A stretch of DNA of 64,000 nt from Blasia pusilla (taxonomy: Eukaryota), in the NCBI GenBank assembly GCA_050084515.1, contig CM114271.1, positions 38,440,001 to 38,504,000 on the forward strand, given 5' to 3'. The notes beneath the pieces were generated by a model. The model ran no database searches. It was not told the DNA's origin and saw only the letters and a list, made by a program, of their open reading frames with translations. The position numbers and the translations under genes were made by a program. Shown here piece by piece: positions 24,263-36,611 of the stretch. The stretch's first letter is position 1. The number at the start of each line of letters is the position of its first letter.

Positions 24263-24736
24263 ATGGCTGAATCCCATCTAGAGGAGTTGCGTGCATTCCT
24301 CGACATCTGGCATTGCCGCCTGCAGTGCTCGACATCTGGCATTCCTGTATTCCCTGCATTCCTTGCTCGACATCTGGCAGTGCTGCCTGCATTGCGAGTC
24401 GGGAAGGACGGGCGAGGCAAGAGAGACACGGAGGGATTTCTGACCATCGCGTGGGTTCGTCGTGGAGCAGCTTGCCCAGTGGCATATGGAGCACTGGTCG
24501 GGGCGGGAGCAGGACTGCTGGCGACACTGGCGACGTACAAGTGCATCGCGTATGCTGCGGCCCAGCGAGATCGCAAGAAGCGATTAGCGAACAGCAAAAT
24601 TCTATCTTCCATAAAAGTGAGCATAAAATGCCTTACGTGTGTGTCTTGCTGTTACGTGATCTTACTGCTGGAGAGAGAAATTTTGGCATATAGAGAGACA
24701 AGTAGTAGCCGATTGAGGGTCCTCTTTGGTGAGTAG
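24263..24736 (+). CDS. Possible coding segment with one transmembrane helix followed by a basic patch
   Basis: VAYGALVGAGAGLLATLATYKCIAYAAAQRDRKKR in GC-rich sequence; possible splice donor gtgag at ~24617. No family recognised. Confidence 0.3.
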   Translation: MAESHLEELRAFLDIWHCRLQCSTSGIPVFPAFLARHLAVLPALRVGKDGRGKRDTEGFLTIAWVRRGAACPVAYGALVGAGAGLLATLATYKCIAYAAAQRDRKKRLANSKILSSIKVSIKCLTCVSCCYVILLLEREILAYRETSSSRLRVLFGE

Positions 24737-26510
24737 TTTTGTTAAGTCCTTAATAATGGTGGTTGTATTTACTTATTTAGATTTTGTTCCTCTCTCTTGA
24801 TTTTGTTTTTTTACAATGTGGGCCCATTTATCTTTCTCTTGTGAATTAAGAGTCGTAGCCTTTCTTTCAACCAAGAAACTCTCACAAACATGGATCCCCA
24901 TACGGATTTATTTTTAGTCCACGTGAAGCAGCTGGACCGATGAATATGAGTGACATTGCATCTTCACATCTAGGTTTTCAAACACTAATCTATACTATTA
25001 AGGGCCTCCTCGTCCTACAGCCACTCGTCCACTAGGGTTCTTATAGTAAATTGAATAGAAGTAAATATATATTTTTTAATTTCAAGATTTCAATGTCACC
25101 CACACTCTAGTGGTTGACGGGGAAGGGACGTGGTTTCTTCTTTTACTGTAGTTATTCAAGTCACATAAAGCATTCTCTCAATCCCATGGGTCATCCATCT
25201 ATGCCCATGCTCTAGGCACTACCACTATCCACGGTGGACACCTGTCCATGTGGACTGTCAACAAGTTCAAGCTCACTTTACCCTCCACAGAGAAAGAATG
25301 AATGAGAGCTTTTGTGCGCGGGGCCCAAGAGGCCCATGGAACTCGCCCACTAATCTAGACTATTAAACTTGACATTGATGAGTATTTAGAGAGAGAGAGA
25401 GAGTCTATGTTCCCAACTTTCACCCGTCGAATGCACATTTAAAAAAGCACTCGTACTGATCATGATCGTCCCGTGTTTATGCGCATCTTCACCTTTGCAG
25501 GAACGTACCTCAAACCGACGCAACGGACAAGCCTCAACGAGTTGGATGCCGTTCTGAACTCTGTGACCACTCATCGAGCAAAATTGCCACCTCGCCTCCA
25601 CTGAAACCAAAGATAGTAAGTTGGAATCGACCTCCACGAGTTCCACATCCTTACGTGTTGGGATTACGTATGACGACCCGTTATGCGAAGTCCAAATTTG
25701 GGCGTTTTGAGTGTCACAAGTTCCAACACGTGATACAACAATCCAAATCGGAACATTTGGCGGACTTGTAAATCCGGGAAGACTCGTGTAATAATATAGA
25801 TGAGGGAGGCTTTCAAGGATGTCAAGAGTTAATCATTATTTTTTAAATTTTTAAATGAAAAAACTAAATTTATCTAATTATTAAAACCTTCCCCTCATTA
25901 TACTTTTCTACTCAATATGAGGTAAAATGAAAAAAAATTCCCAAAAAAGTGAAACCTCTCTAGAAGTAGTCATTTGAAATTTCCTCTTCTAAGAAAAAGA
26001 TGAAAAGAAATCAAGACTAAAGGGAAACTCTCAACGGCCCTATATTTGAATGAGATATGATTTTATTTGATTTACATCGGACACATATGAAATTAATAAT
26101 AAAATAATAATATTTTGGAATTAATAAGTTGTGGTGCGCATACACAACGCTATCATCCAACATACACGATCCCATGCTAACTCATGATACACACAACGAG
26201 AAGTACCAAAATATACCCCCTTCCCTCTCCCAAGCCCTCTCCACGATAACCTATGCTTGCATGTCACATCCTTGGCTCTTGACTTGCTGTAACGGGTCAA
26301 GGATCACTTCCCAAAGTGGAAAGTCAACTATATTAAAAATAATAGCTTATCTGAAATAGTAAGTTCCTCACTATGGCTCCAAATGAGTCAAAACTAAAGG
26401 GAAACCTGCTCTCTCAGATTACCTGTGGCCTCAACTGGTCATCCTTGACCTCCTGAGGCTATCCTCAAGTCTATATAAAGGCGCTCTATTAGATCTCGTC
26501 GATCTGCAAA

Positions 26511-26514
<4 letters not shown>

Positions 26515-26598
<84 letters not shown>
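26515..26598. repeat. (TC)n microsatellite, ~42 units
   Basis: Direct reading; it follows a TATA-like CTATATAAAG at ~26471. Confidence 0.98.
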
Positions 26599-26601
<3 letters not shown>

Positions 26602-27327
26602 CATACAAAAACTACTCATTGTATACTCTCTTTTGCACATCTACTTGTGCGTTTGCTTTAGGATGACTGATTACAAAGGTCATCAAAATTGCTATTCAAT
26701 CGCTTCAAATTCTTGTCATTTCCAACTCCAACTCGTCGAGCATTTCTTCCTCTGTAGCAACTTCCTCCTCCTTGTGCAAAGCCTTAATGAACACCACAAC
26801 CATAAACTTCTGCTGTAGAAAATCATTGATCCCTTTCCCCTCCTCTACCTCTCCCATTCAGCAACAATTTTGGTTGTTGTTCTCCTCTGCTCCCAACTGA
26901 TCCCTTTTCTTAATCTAAAAATTCGTAGCAAGACCTTCAAATGCTCTTAGATCCTTGTCTTGCTACTCCTTCTTACTCGGTTGCTTTACCTCTACTCTAC
27001 TCTATGGCATTGGCCTATGTGCTTCCTCTTTTCAAGTCCAATTCAATCCACGATTCCTCATGACCAAGCTCGTGACTAAATTGTAAAATGGCTTTTGAAT
27101 CTTGCCTTCAATTCCCTATCTTTGTCACTCCTTCCTCTTTCTCTCTTGCTTCATCTTAGACTTCTTTGCCTAGTCTCATGGATTCCTCTTCATTTCATCC
27201 TTTGGTGTTCTCTCCTCTTTGCACAAAGCCATACCAACAACGTTACGAGAGGGTGATCAAGACAAATGGTAAATAGATCAAGCACGTGGGACCCAAAGGG
27301 TCAAAAGGCTGAAGAACACATTAAAAG

Positions 27328-29450
27328 TCATTCATTCACTGACCCAGAAAAAGATCATAAAGACCTTCTCCTAGCTACAGCCTAGAGCACTTGAGCGATG
27401 AATAATGACGTTCCTAATATAACAATCTAAATCATAAGGCACTAGCTGTAGTAAAGAATAGAAATTCTCCACATCTATTTTATGAGCTAGTCTAATCTCT
27501 TCATACCTTGGACATGTAACAAACACATGCTCTTCATCCTCAATATTTTCTCCGTCACATAACCTACAAATTCGTTTACTTCTATCAATATTAATATTAA
27601 ACCATCATCCTTCCTCAATTCCTAGCCTATGAGACCCAGATCTATGTCGTGCGATAATATGACGTGAGAACGTGGAGATCCCCGCAAGTAGGTATTCTTG
27701 TTCACAATATACAAGCATAAGATTAACATGAAGTTGATAAAACTCCATTTTGGTGCCCGGTCTGTTCCAAATAATGTTGAGAAATTGCTTCTATAGATGC
27801 TCGCGGAGTGCCATCGGTTTCAAGTCCCAATCGCGTTCCGCCACATTCCACTTTGAAGACCAATTCACCACATCCGCCATCCACCCTATGGAATGTGTGG
27901 CTCGCAAATCTTGATGAGGGAGGCGAGAAACATCAAGATATCTCACCCTTGTGATGTAAGTGATGGTCAAGTAAAGAGCTTCAACCTCTAGAGGAAGAAA
28001 ACATGTTTCCGCAAGAAGAATAGCATACAGAGTTTGGTTTCTTATACCTAATTCTTCTTGTAGAAAGATCTTTTGCACCCTCTCCACGCGCTCCCAATCT
28101 GTCTTCTTACAACTAGGGCCCCAAACTTGGGTCCAATATAAGACCACCGGCAACACTAAGCTCCTAAATAAGAATTTCCTAAGACCCCAAGACACAAGAT
28201 GAGCTCTTCTACACCGGTTTAGAAATGAATATAGAGCTTTGTAACCAGCTTCTACTCTCTTTTGCACACAAAGTGTCTAATTATAGTCATGAGAGAAATC
28301 GATGCCTAGATATTTGTAACTCTTCACTTGTTCTAATTGTAGACCTTTGTAAAAGAACGAGAACTTGGATCTAGTACCCAATATAATGACTTTAGACTTC
28401 TTCATATTAACCTTCATCTGATTCTGGGTACAAAACCTTGCCAAAGTGCCGAGGTGTTTTTGTAAACTAATGCCATCAAGTACTAGTAATATAATATCAT
28501 CTGCATACAATAGAGCTTTGATGACAAAGTCCCCAAGCTTGTCACCTTCACTATCACATTCCTCCAACCACTTTTCAATATCATCTATGAAAACTCCAGA
28601 GAGAGTAGGGGAGAGAGGACAACCTTGAATGACTCCGATTGTACTCAAGATCTCTTGAGTTTGTGAACCTTTGATCTTGGCCCAAACGGAATGGTATAAC
28701 GTGGCCACGGCTGCTAGGAGATTTGGTGGTACTCCAATGGCTTGCAGCCTTTCCCATAAGAGCTTACGAGGTACAATATCAAAAGTTTTCTTGAAATCGA
28801 TGAAGCCGCAAAATAAAGCTTTTCCATTGCCCTTAGATTTCTCTCATAAAACATGCAAGGCCAAGATATGGTCGATGGTGTTGTATGTTGGGCGAAAACC
28901 AGCTTGGACCCGTGCTCTCTTTTGGAAAGACTATGTCCATGTGCTTAACTTTGACTCCACCAATTTCCCAAAAAACTTGGCAAAAACACTACCCACCATG
29001 ATAGTGCAATAGTTTGTCACCAAGTCCTCCCTTTCTGATTTGTGAATAGGAACAATCTCCCGTAGCGACTAGGTTGAAGGAAAACCATAGATAGCAGCAA
29101 CTCCCAATACTTTGGTGAGGATCGGTCCAATACAATCTCCTCCCCACTTGAAAAGTTCAATAGAAAGACCATCCAAATCCTCACATTTACCATTCTCTAA
29201 TCTTCTTAGTTGAGTCATCACCTCTGCTTCAGAGAATAAGCCAGGTATTCCTTCACAATGTGGCATAGATGTAGCGTCGGGGATGAAATAGAGCTTTTCG
29301 GCAAAAGATATCAAAGACTTGGGATCAAGAGTAGTTTTTGAAGACCCTACTACTACCCACAAGCAAATAAAACAAACTTTGTTAAACATAGCATTTGCAA
29401 CCTTGACCAGATGTTGCCCATATGCCTGTGACTCTGTCATACTCCCCAAA
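27328..29450 (-). mobile_element. 5'-truncated non-LTR retrotransposon (RT plus C-terminal CCHC finger; RTE-X/L2-Daphne-like architecture), decayed
   Basis: QAGFRPTYNTIDHI, FIDFKKTFD, GVIQGCPLSP, LLYADD, YKYLGIDF, then GSHRLGIEEG...ICRLC...IEDEEHVFVTCPRY. A short (TGAA)n tail lies at 27328-27339. The clade assignment is inference. Confidence 0.9.
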
Positions 29451-29949
29451 ATCTCTTTGCCCTCCTTTCAAGGAGGGCAAGGAGCTAATACTAACTCCTC
29501 CTATTGTGGAGTTGGTATTAGCTCTTTCACTCTATAATAATCTATCTTGTGGCAGGAAATTTGGCAATTCTATTATCTCCTTCTACTCATATTGGGCCAC
29601 TTCGTAATCACCGCTCTTAGAAGTGTCTACTTGGCGCAATTGATTCATTGCAACTATAAGAAGCATAAGAGAGGGTCTCCTTACCATTCTATAGTTGGTG
29701 ATGGAGTTCTTATACATCTTTGAGTTTTTGGGTCATAGGAATGAGTATCTTCTAAGCAATCTACAAGGTTACACTCACGTCCATTAGTTGTGGCTATTTA
29801 TCAATTATAACCTAGGGCCAAATCTTTTGCTTGCATCTATGGTAGAGGTTGCGACTTGGAACGTACTACGTGAAGTGTTATGATATTAAGACTTCCAACA
29901 TCCAACATTTATTTTGTGCAATTTCTTTTGAGAAGAAATTCAATGGCTT

Positions 29950-32830
29950 CCATAGAGGTCTCATTGACATCTATTTTAGATTCTCCTTTCATTGGTTTCA
30001 ATCTTAATGACAATATAGTTAAGCTCAAACCACATGACCACCCAGCATGATCAATCTGCAAGTTAATCCCTTGTACAGGGATTACAAAACCTTGATAGAG
30101 TTTCGGAGTCCTACTTTTGGGTTGGTCATTCTTCCTCAATCATCTGTCCAAAGAATAGTTAAATCTTCACAAGATAAAGGACAAATTACCCATAATATGA
30201 GCCACAATCCTTACCACCCTAATTTGAATATCCTCCAAGATGTTGCCTATTCTCTACCTGTTGAGAGGCCAACTTCTATTGATATTATTTACAATGGTAG
30301 CATCTGCTTTCATGCAAGCGTATATTTAGATGACAACTTGCTTATTGATGTATCTAGTGCATCGCTTGATCTACACCTAACAATAGAGACTGCCTCTTTC
30401 TTTCTTGTTCCCTTTCCATCGTGGTTTCTTCACAGGCGATTCTACATTCTTTAATAACATGCGATTAAGATCTTGATAGTTATTAAACCCTTCTCATTAT
30501 ATAAGCCATACCTACTCCTAATGTACTAACTTCAAAAATCTATTGCATTATACTTTACTTCAAAGACCTTTGTTTTAAGTAGAGAAGTATATTGGCTTCG
30601 TAGGGATAAGTCTTATCTATTTGATGAAGCCTTATATCATCACCTTCCAGTGGTACATGTAGAGTTGTATGTTTGATAACTCTTAATCTTCCTGAGGCTT
30701 GTTCTGGTTCTTTTTCGCTAGTTCTCACAGTCGTTCACCTAGCTCCCCCTGGAGGCAACATTTTAGTGAGCTTAAATTGTCCAAACATTTTCGGGTGATA
30801 TATTTTCTCTATGCAATTGCTTACTATGATTGTGGGAAGAACTTGTTCTCGAGTGGTTCTTTCCCGACGGATAGAAAGTGTGTAGGTGGCCATGGCAAAG
30901 TGAACGGGCGTTCCAACATGAGCTTCTGAATAACAAACCCTCTAGACAAAGAGCATACAAACACATCCTCTGAATCTGCAATTCAATTATTGCTATCTCA
31001 AAACTGAAATTGATCTTCATTTCTATACTAAGCTTTATGTGCTTCCAATTTTTTGCAACTCACATGTCAAGAAGAGGTCTTCTGTCCTCTTGAGGTATGC
31101 CTTACTTTGTATCTCAGAAATGGCAATTTCAACTTTTCCTTCTTTATAGTTTCATATGTGGAGTGCACTACACACATCTTTGTGTGCTGATTACTGTAGA
31201 GAACATTTCCACCGTACCCACAACATTGCATTTCTCTAAATGTAGAGGAACATATGTTCTTCCATTTAAGTAGGTAGCTATCAGCGAATGACCAACCATT
31301 ACAATAGGGTTGGCAATGTTGTTTTCTACGGTGGGAAATTTGTTTTTGGTTAATCTTTCTCTGTATTGCTAAACGAGTCTTATTGAATGTATAGGATTGT
31401 CTTCTTGAGATTCTGACCATACTGCTCAGGTTCAAGGAGACTAAGCAATTTAATTATAGTAAAGAAGGAGTTAAACATAATAAGAAGTAAAGGTTTATTC
31501 TGAACTCCCTGGTTTGGTCGACATATGGAATAGTGGTCAGCAGAGTAGAAGTCTCAACAGAGATTAGAGAGCTCATGCAGAGTAGAAACTTGTGTGAGAG
31601 ATATAATAGAGTGTGGAGAGAGAGACAGAGATGGATTGAAAGACTAAAACAGAGATGGGTAGATGGCACATTGGAGCCTAATCTAAATACTCGGTTAGTC
31701 CTCAAATCCTTGGTAGTTCTCCGTAGCATAGACACTATATGAAAGGTCTGAAAGTTATGGTACACAAATGGGGTATGCCCCATTTATTCCTTCCTTCAGT
31801 TCTGGTGAGGTCTCAGCAATGAGATGGATTGAGTTTAGTGGTATTGAATCCATACCTGCCCAATCATTCATCATACCTGCATCAATCCCACATTCACTTG
31901 GCATGATGCTCCAACTGATTGTGCACAAATTTTTTCACACTCGACTTTATTCCTTCATTTCCTTACTCATCTTCTCAAGGCTGCAAATCTTAGGGAGGGT
32001 ACAAGACTATTTATCGCACTATGAGTTGCAAGGTAGATGGAGTTTACATTGCCACATAATTCTATGGCTTGATATTGAAGATGTTAAACATGTCACATCA
32101 TAAATTTGTCCATACATTCCATATTGTGATGAAGTTCTCTCGGCGTATTTTTCCCTAGAAGCCATGCCAATCTAAGTGATGCTTTCTTGCAATTAGTTTT
32201 GCATAAGAAATTGCACAAATGCAAGAAGGGCGTTTCTATTTTTAGGAAAAAGGCACAACGACCATATAGATGTCTTGGCTTCCTTTCATCCCTTAAGCTT
32301 GAGCCATTCATTAACCTACTTATAATGAAATAGAATTATTATATGCCCTCCACATAGGACCGTATTGCGATCCCCTATTATCCTCTTTTGTTGTTGTAGC
32401 TATGGGGAGCTCACACGAGCATCGATCCAACGGGTTATTTCATTTTTATCTGCTGAAATGTGCTTTAAAATTAGAACCTACAAGATGATTAGACATTGAT
32501 AGAGAATCACCAAAGTGCCTTGGGCTTGGTGGACTCGAAAACATTAGATTGCGCCTAGTCTACACGAATGTCTTAAGTAGGTATGTATCCTCCACACATG
32601 TTGACGTAACTTGGCTCCAGATTCCCATTATTTCCAGGTCTCGGGTTATCCATTTTATTGACTACAATCCACCGTCTAAGAGAACTTATCTCTACAAGTC
32701 CGCCTCTGTTCTATGGATCCATCCAACTGTGTTGTATGCTAATAGACTAGCCATCCTTGATCATCTTACCTTTCCTTCTTTTTGGTCCAATCACGAGTTG
32801 CTCAAAGCATATCCAAAAGTTTTCACTAGT
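29950..32830 (+). pseudogene. Helitron RepHel protein, Rep (HUH) part, decayed and split by a ~1.1-kb unrelated segment (~30650-31735); no helicase seen
   Basis: LQVNPLYRDY; FLFPFHRG; KWGMPHLFL (motif 1); DAPTDCAQIF.TR; LGRVQDYLSHYELQGRWSLHCHIILW (HUH motif 2); IPYYPLLLL*LWGAH; FYLLKCALKLEP (decayed YxxKY motif 3); RYVSS. Confidence 0.85.
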
Positions 32831-32834
32831 AAAG

Positions 32835-33195
32835 TTATTGGATAACTTGGGAGATATTGTAAGTAGAAGATCTCCCAACTTTGAGCTTGCTACCAACCAG
32901 ATTTAGAGAGTTTTCAGTTCTGACTCGACCGTTCAGCATTGGCAGCTGGTGGAGGGAGCTCAAAAAGGAGATGAAGTTTCTGCAGCATAAAATGTGCAGG
33001 ATCTCGAGCCTAGACAACTTTTCAAAAGACTCGGGAAAGGTCAGCAAGCTTGGGAGGTCAATAAGACCAAGATGTTGAAGTTGGTCCAGATACTCGATTG
33101 ATTCAGGTAGAGATCGTAGGCGTTCCCAGTGCCATGGGCCTAATTCCTCCAGCTTAGAGAGGTAATGGCCAAAAGCACTGGGTAAGGTTTCGACT
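32835..33195 (-). pseudogene. Isolated leucine-rich-repeat fragment (~3.5 repeats of ~24 aa, NLR-type)
   Basis: One open frame: VETLPSAFGHYLSKLEELGPWHWERLRSLPESIEYLDQLQHLGLIDLPSLLTFPESFEKLSRLEILHILCCRNFISFLSSLHQLPML. Confidence 0.85.
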
Positions 33196-33258
33196 CACAT
33201 GACACTACTATACATTCAAGATGGTTGGAGTAGATGAAACCTTAAAGTAAACCAAACC

Positions 33259-33430
33259 GAGTCGGACACCAGCAATGTAGATGACAGGGAAAGACGTTCC
33301 CAGCAATCACCGTAGTAAAAACCGACAAAGCACAAGGCAGAACAAAATTGAGTCGGCCACCAACACTGCAGATGATAGGGAAAAGACGTTCCCAGCAATC
33401 ACCGTAGCAAGGATCGACAGAGCACAAAGG
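33259..33430. repeat. Two-copy ~91-bp tandem repeat
   Basis: gagtcgg.cacca...agatga.agggaaa.gacgttcccagcaatcaccgtag occurs twice. Confidence 0.9.
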
Positions 33431-35572
33431 GAAAAAAGAAGCAAAAAGCTTCTCAGAATGGCACGTCGGAGAGAGCACGCCGCAGTTAGAGGCAATCTGA
33501 GGACGATCACAAGAGTGGCTTAACATGAGTCTCTCAATCAAAGACAATCACAAGAGTCGACAAACAAACATCAAGAGCACAGAAGCAAATGACACAAGGG
33601 CGGCAAGAGTGAGGGGGCAGACTGGGCGAATGGAGATGGAAGAGAAACTAAGCGTCCGCCGGTTTCGAACTACAGTTGTAGCACACGCTTGGAAAGTAAT
33701 GAGACATCGATCGCAGCACGCTTGAAACCTGGGAGGAATCCAGAATCAGATTGCAGCACACGAGAGCGAAGCGACACGGAAGAGAAAGAACGACGGCTTA
33801 CGTTCGGCTGCTTCAGCTGCCGCGCATCTATTGCGTTCACAATTGTGGTAGAAGCTGGGCTACTGTGCGAGGCCCCCCTATAATCAGATTAGCTAATCCG
33901 GGAAAGCCACATAACCACGCAGTCCGGATTGAGTCCCTGCGCGGCGAGATTGCAGAAAGATGATGTGGCGCAGTCCCTAGGATCCAATGCATTTAAAGCC
34001 TATTAATACATGCCGTAACTAATTTGAGACCCTACATATTTTTGTTATTTTGGCGACTGAGAAACTGACACACCAATCCGGCTAGCTAAACACGTAACCC
34101 CGGTTCTCCCCGGACATTGGGGACGGGCCCTTTTGATCTCGTTTTGTTTTGTTTTCGTAGCAGAAGGATATTTCGAGGACGGCGGCTCGTCGAACCGTGG
34201 AACGGTCCGCGGTCCAGGTAGTGTCGGTGTTGATGTGGATATCGATGGTCACCGTCGGGCTGTCTACAATATCTACATTAATCCGGACCTCGTGGATAAT
34301 CGAGCCCGACGTACGGCGTTCGCGGGGGTCTTGCCCACAGCCGTCGTCTGTAGAGCGCGACGCGCGTCACAATCGACAGTAGCACTCAGCGCTCACCACT
34401 GTCACTACCTCGACCGACGCACGTGCACGACTTCATGCTCTCTGTTGCTCCGCATATTCGAAGTTCGCACTTTGTCGCAGTTCAGAGATCAAACTCACCA
34501 CTTCGCGGAGCCGGGACACGTCGAGTCCTCCCCAGGGATGGCCCGCCCCACAGCCTCTCCCGAGTCCCGACCTCCGAGTAATAACACTCAATCGTATAAA
34601 TGTAAATAACAGTAAGTCGTATAAATAGACGGACCGGACCGAAACGAACTTAAGGAACGAGAACGCGCGGGGCGCAAACTGCTGGAGTTTAGCAGGAGAC
34701 GCGCCGCCGACTGTACACGTCGGAGGAACAGGCACGACTCCCGGCGGCGCGAGATAAACGTATATACAGGAACTCGCACATGCGGCATTAGAACATACTG
34801 TAGTAACTGTACGTATCTCCGACGCGAGATACGGACCTCAGCGGACCCGTGACCGAAGCGTGAAACGACGCTCTGGCCACAAGCGACAAACTTTGCGAGC
34901 TCCGTCAATGCAGTCGCCTGTTCAGATGGGAACGGCTGTGCGAACTGTGGGGATGGCAGTGGGCACTACCTCATCACGATCGGTTTGCCGCCGCGCAATC
35001 TGTGAATCTGTCAATTCCTGTGGAGCCGAGTTGAGACCTCACGTACGGTATCGACATCGCCGTACATGAGTGACTGCGGGCTGCACTCAAGGTCATCTGC
35101 CCAGAACTTGCGGGGAATGCATGTGACTGCCTTTCGTGGTACGTGATGTGCGGCGATTCATGAGCGAAGGATCGATTACTCACTTGTTGCGTACACTCCT
35201 TGCGCTCGAGTGCGCCAGCTCTAGAGCGCAATCGGATATGGGTAGCTCGTCGCAATGCCCGTTTCTGGATTGGAGTGTCCGTGGGGCGAGGTCTCATGAA
35301 GGGCGTCTGTTAATGGTGGGCGCATGTTCGCGCAGTGTCCGCTGCACGTTCAGCGGGAACATTGCTTGTAATCCTTCCGTGGCGAACATGAATCGCCCAG
35401 CTTCGGCAACGAATTCCGGCCCGATGATGGTGGATCATTCTTCAGGGGACTACTTATGGTGCACTCTTGGCTCACACCTTCATCGCATCTTTGGTGCTTC
35501 TAGTGTCCGCCTCCCATCTGTCTGTTCCACTCCATCTCAGTGATTTTTGTTTCAGCGCTCCCGGTGTCGGAG

Positions 35573-36611
35573 ATGATGAGCTCTCGCAAGCAGGGAGGAG
35601 GCAATGCACTCCGCGCGTTGGCGGTGTTGCTGTGCGTGATGGCCCTGGCCGAGTGCTCCATGGCGTCACTCGTGACGGTAGGGGGGGGAACCAAGGGTTG
35701 GACTCTCGGCTACAACTACAACTACTGGTCCAGCCACACCAGAGCCAGGCCTTTTGACAACATCTGTAAGTGGATCACTGCAGGCCGACCATGGAATTGG
35801 CTTCCAGCACTTCGCTTCTGTTTTCGTCAGTCCGAATTGAATCAAACCCTAAGCCAATCACTGACTAGTAGAACGGGTCCATCTCTCCTGCGGGTCCACG
35901 ACTTGCTACCGAAACTGTGACCTTCAGCTCATTTCTCCATGACCCATGTGCTACTGATCGACGTAGATCATCTATTCGCTTTGCATTCACGGATCCAAGC
36001 AGCTTACATTCTGGACTTAGGTTTTGTACATGCACACGTATCGTTCTCTTCTTCATCCTCAATGCTACTGACAGAGCCATGTTAGCTGCGAACTTGACCC
36101 AAAGTCGTCAGGATTCCAAAGGTAGATTTTAAGAATAGTGTGCAGCAGTGTATATATACATAATGCCACTTCTTCTTCCTCCTCTCTGTTACTGACAGTG
36201 CCATGCTATCTAGCCATGCTAGCTGCGCACATCGAGCGGAATGGTCAGTCAAGAATTCTGGACCTAGATTCTTAGGGATGCTTGGAGTTTTCTTACGTGT
36301 GTACACTTCACGTTCTTCGTCTCCCTCTCCCTTCTCTTCTTCGTCTTGCAAGCATTCTTGGGTTTGGTGGGACTGAGTGAGCTGGAAATCTGCCGGTGCT
36401 TGCAGTGTTCAAGTATGATCCCAGGTTACACAACGTGCTGATGGTCAGCAAGGCCGACTTCGACATGTGCCGGACCTCGAATCCGTGGGTCAAGTACACA
36501 TCCGGGAGGGATTACCTCAAGTTCACGAGGCCCGGAAACTACTACTTCATCTGTGGCATTCCCAAGCACTGCGCCGCAGGAATGAAGGTGGCTATCAATG
36601 TCAGTTGGTAA
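35573..36611 (+). CDS. Plantacyanin / basic blue copper protein (phytocyanin), 2 exons: 35573-35765 and 36406-36611
   Basis: Signal peptide; VTVGGGTKGW; a phase-1 GT-AG intron joins DNI-L-FKYD; type-1 Cu ligands H(NV), C(GIP), H(C), M(KV); disulfide cysteines; no C-terminal AGP/GPI tail. Confidence 0.95.
35589..35609 (+). promoter_or_regulatory. miR408-like target site in plantacyanin 1
   Basis: AGCAGGGAGGAGGCAATGCAC versus perfect complement GCCAGGGAAGAGGCAGTGCAT; miRNA positions 7-12 are paired. Confidence 0.8.

Noticed and set aside
23778-24527. 249-aa minus-strand ORF with a poly-Asp run
   Set aside because: No recognisable domain; the poly-D comes from a (TCA)n microsatellite, and ORFs overlap in several frames as expected in GC-rich DNA.
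26431-26640. ORF with an (ER)n tract
   Set aside because: Translation of the (TC)n microsatellite.
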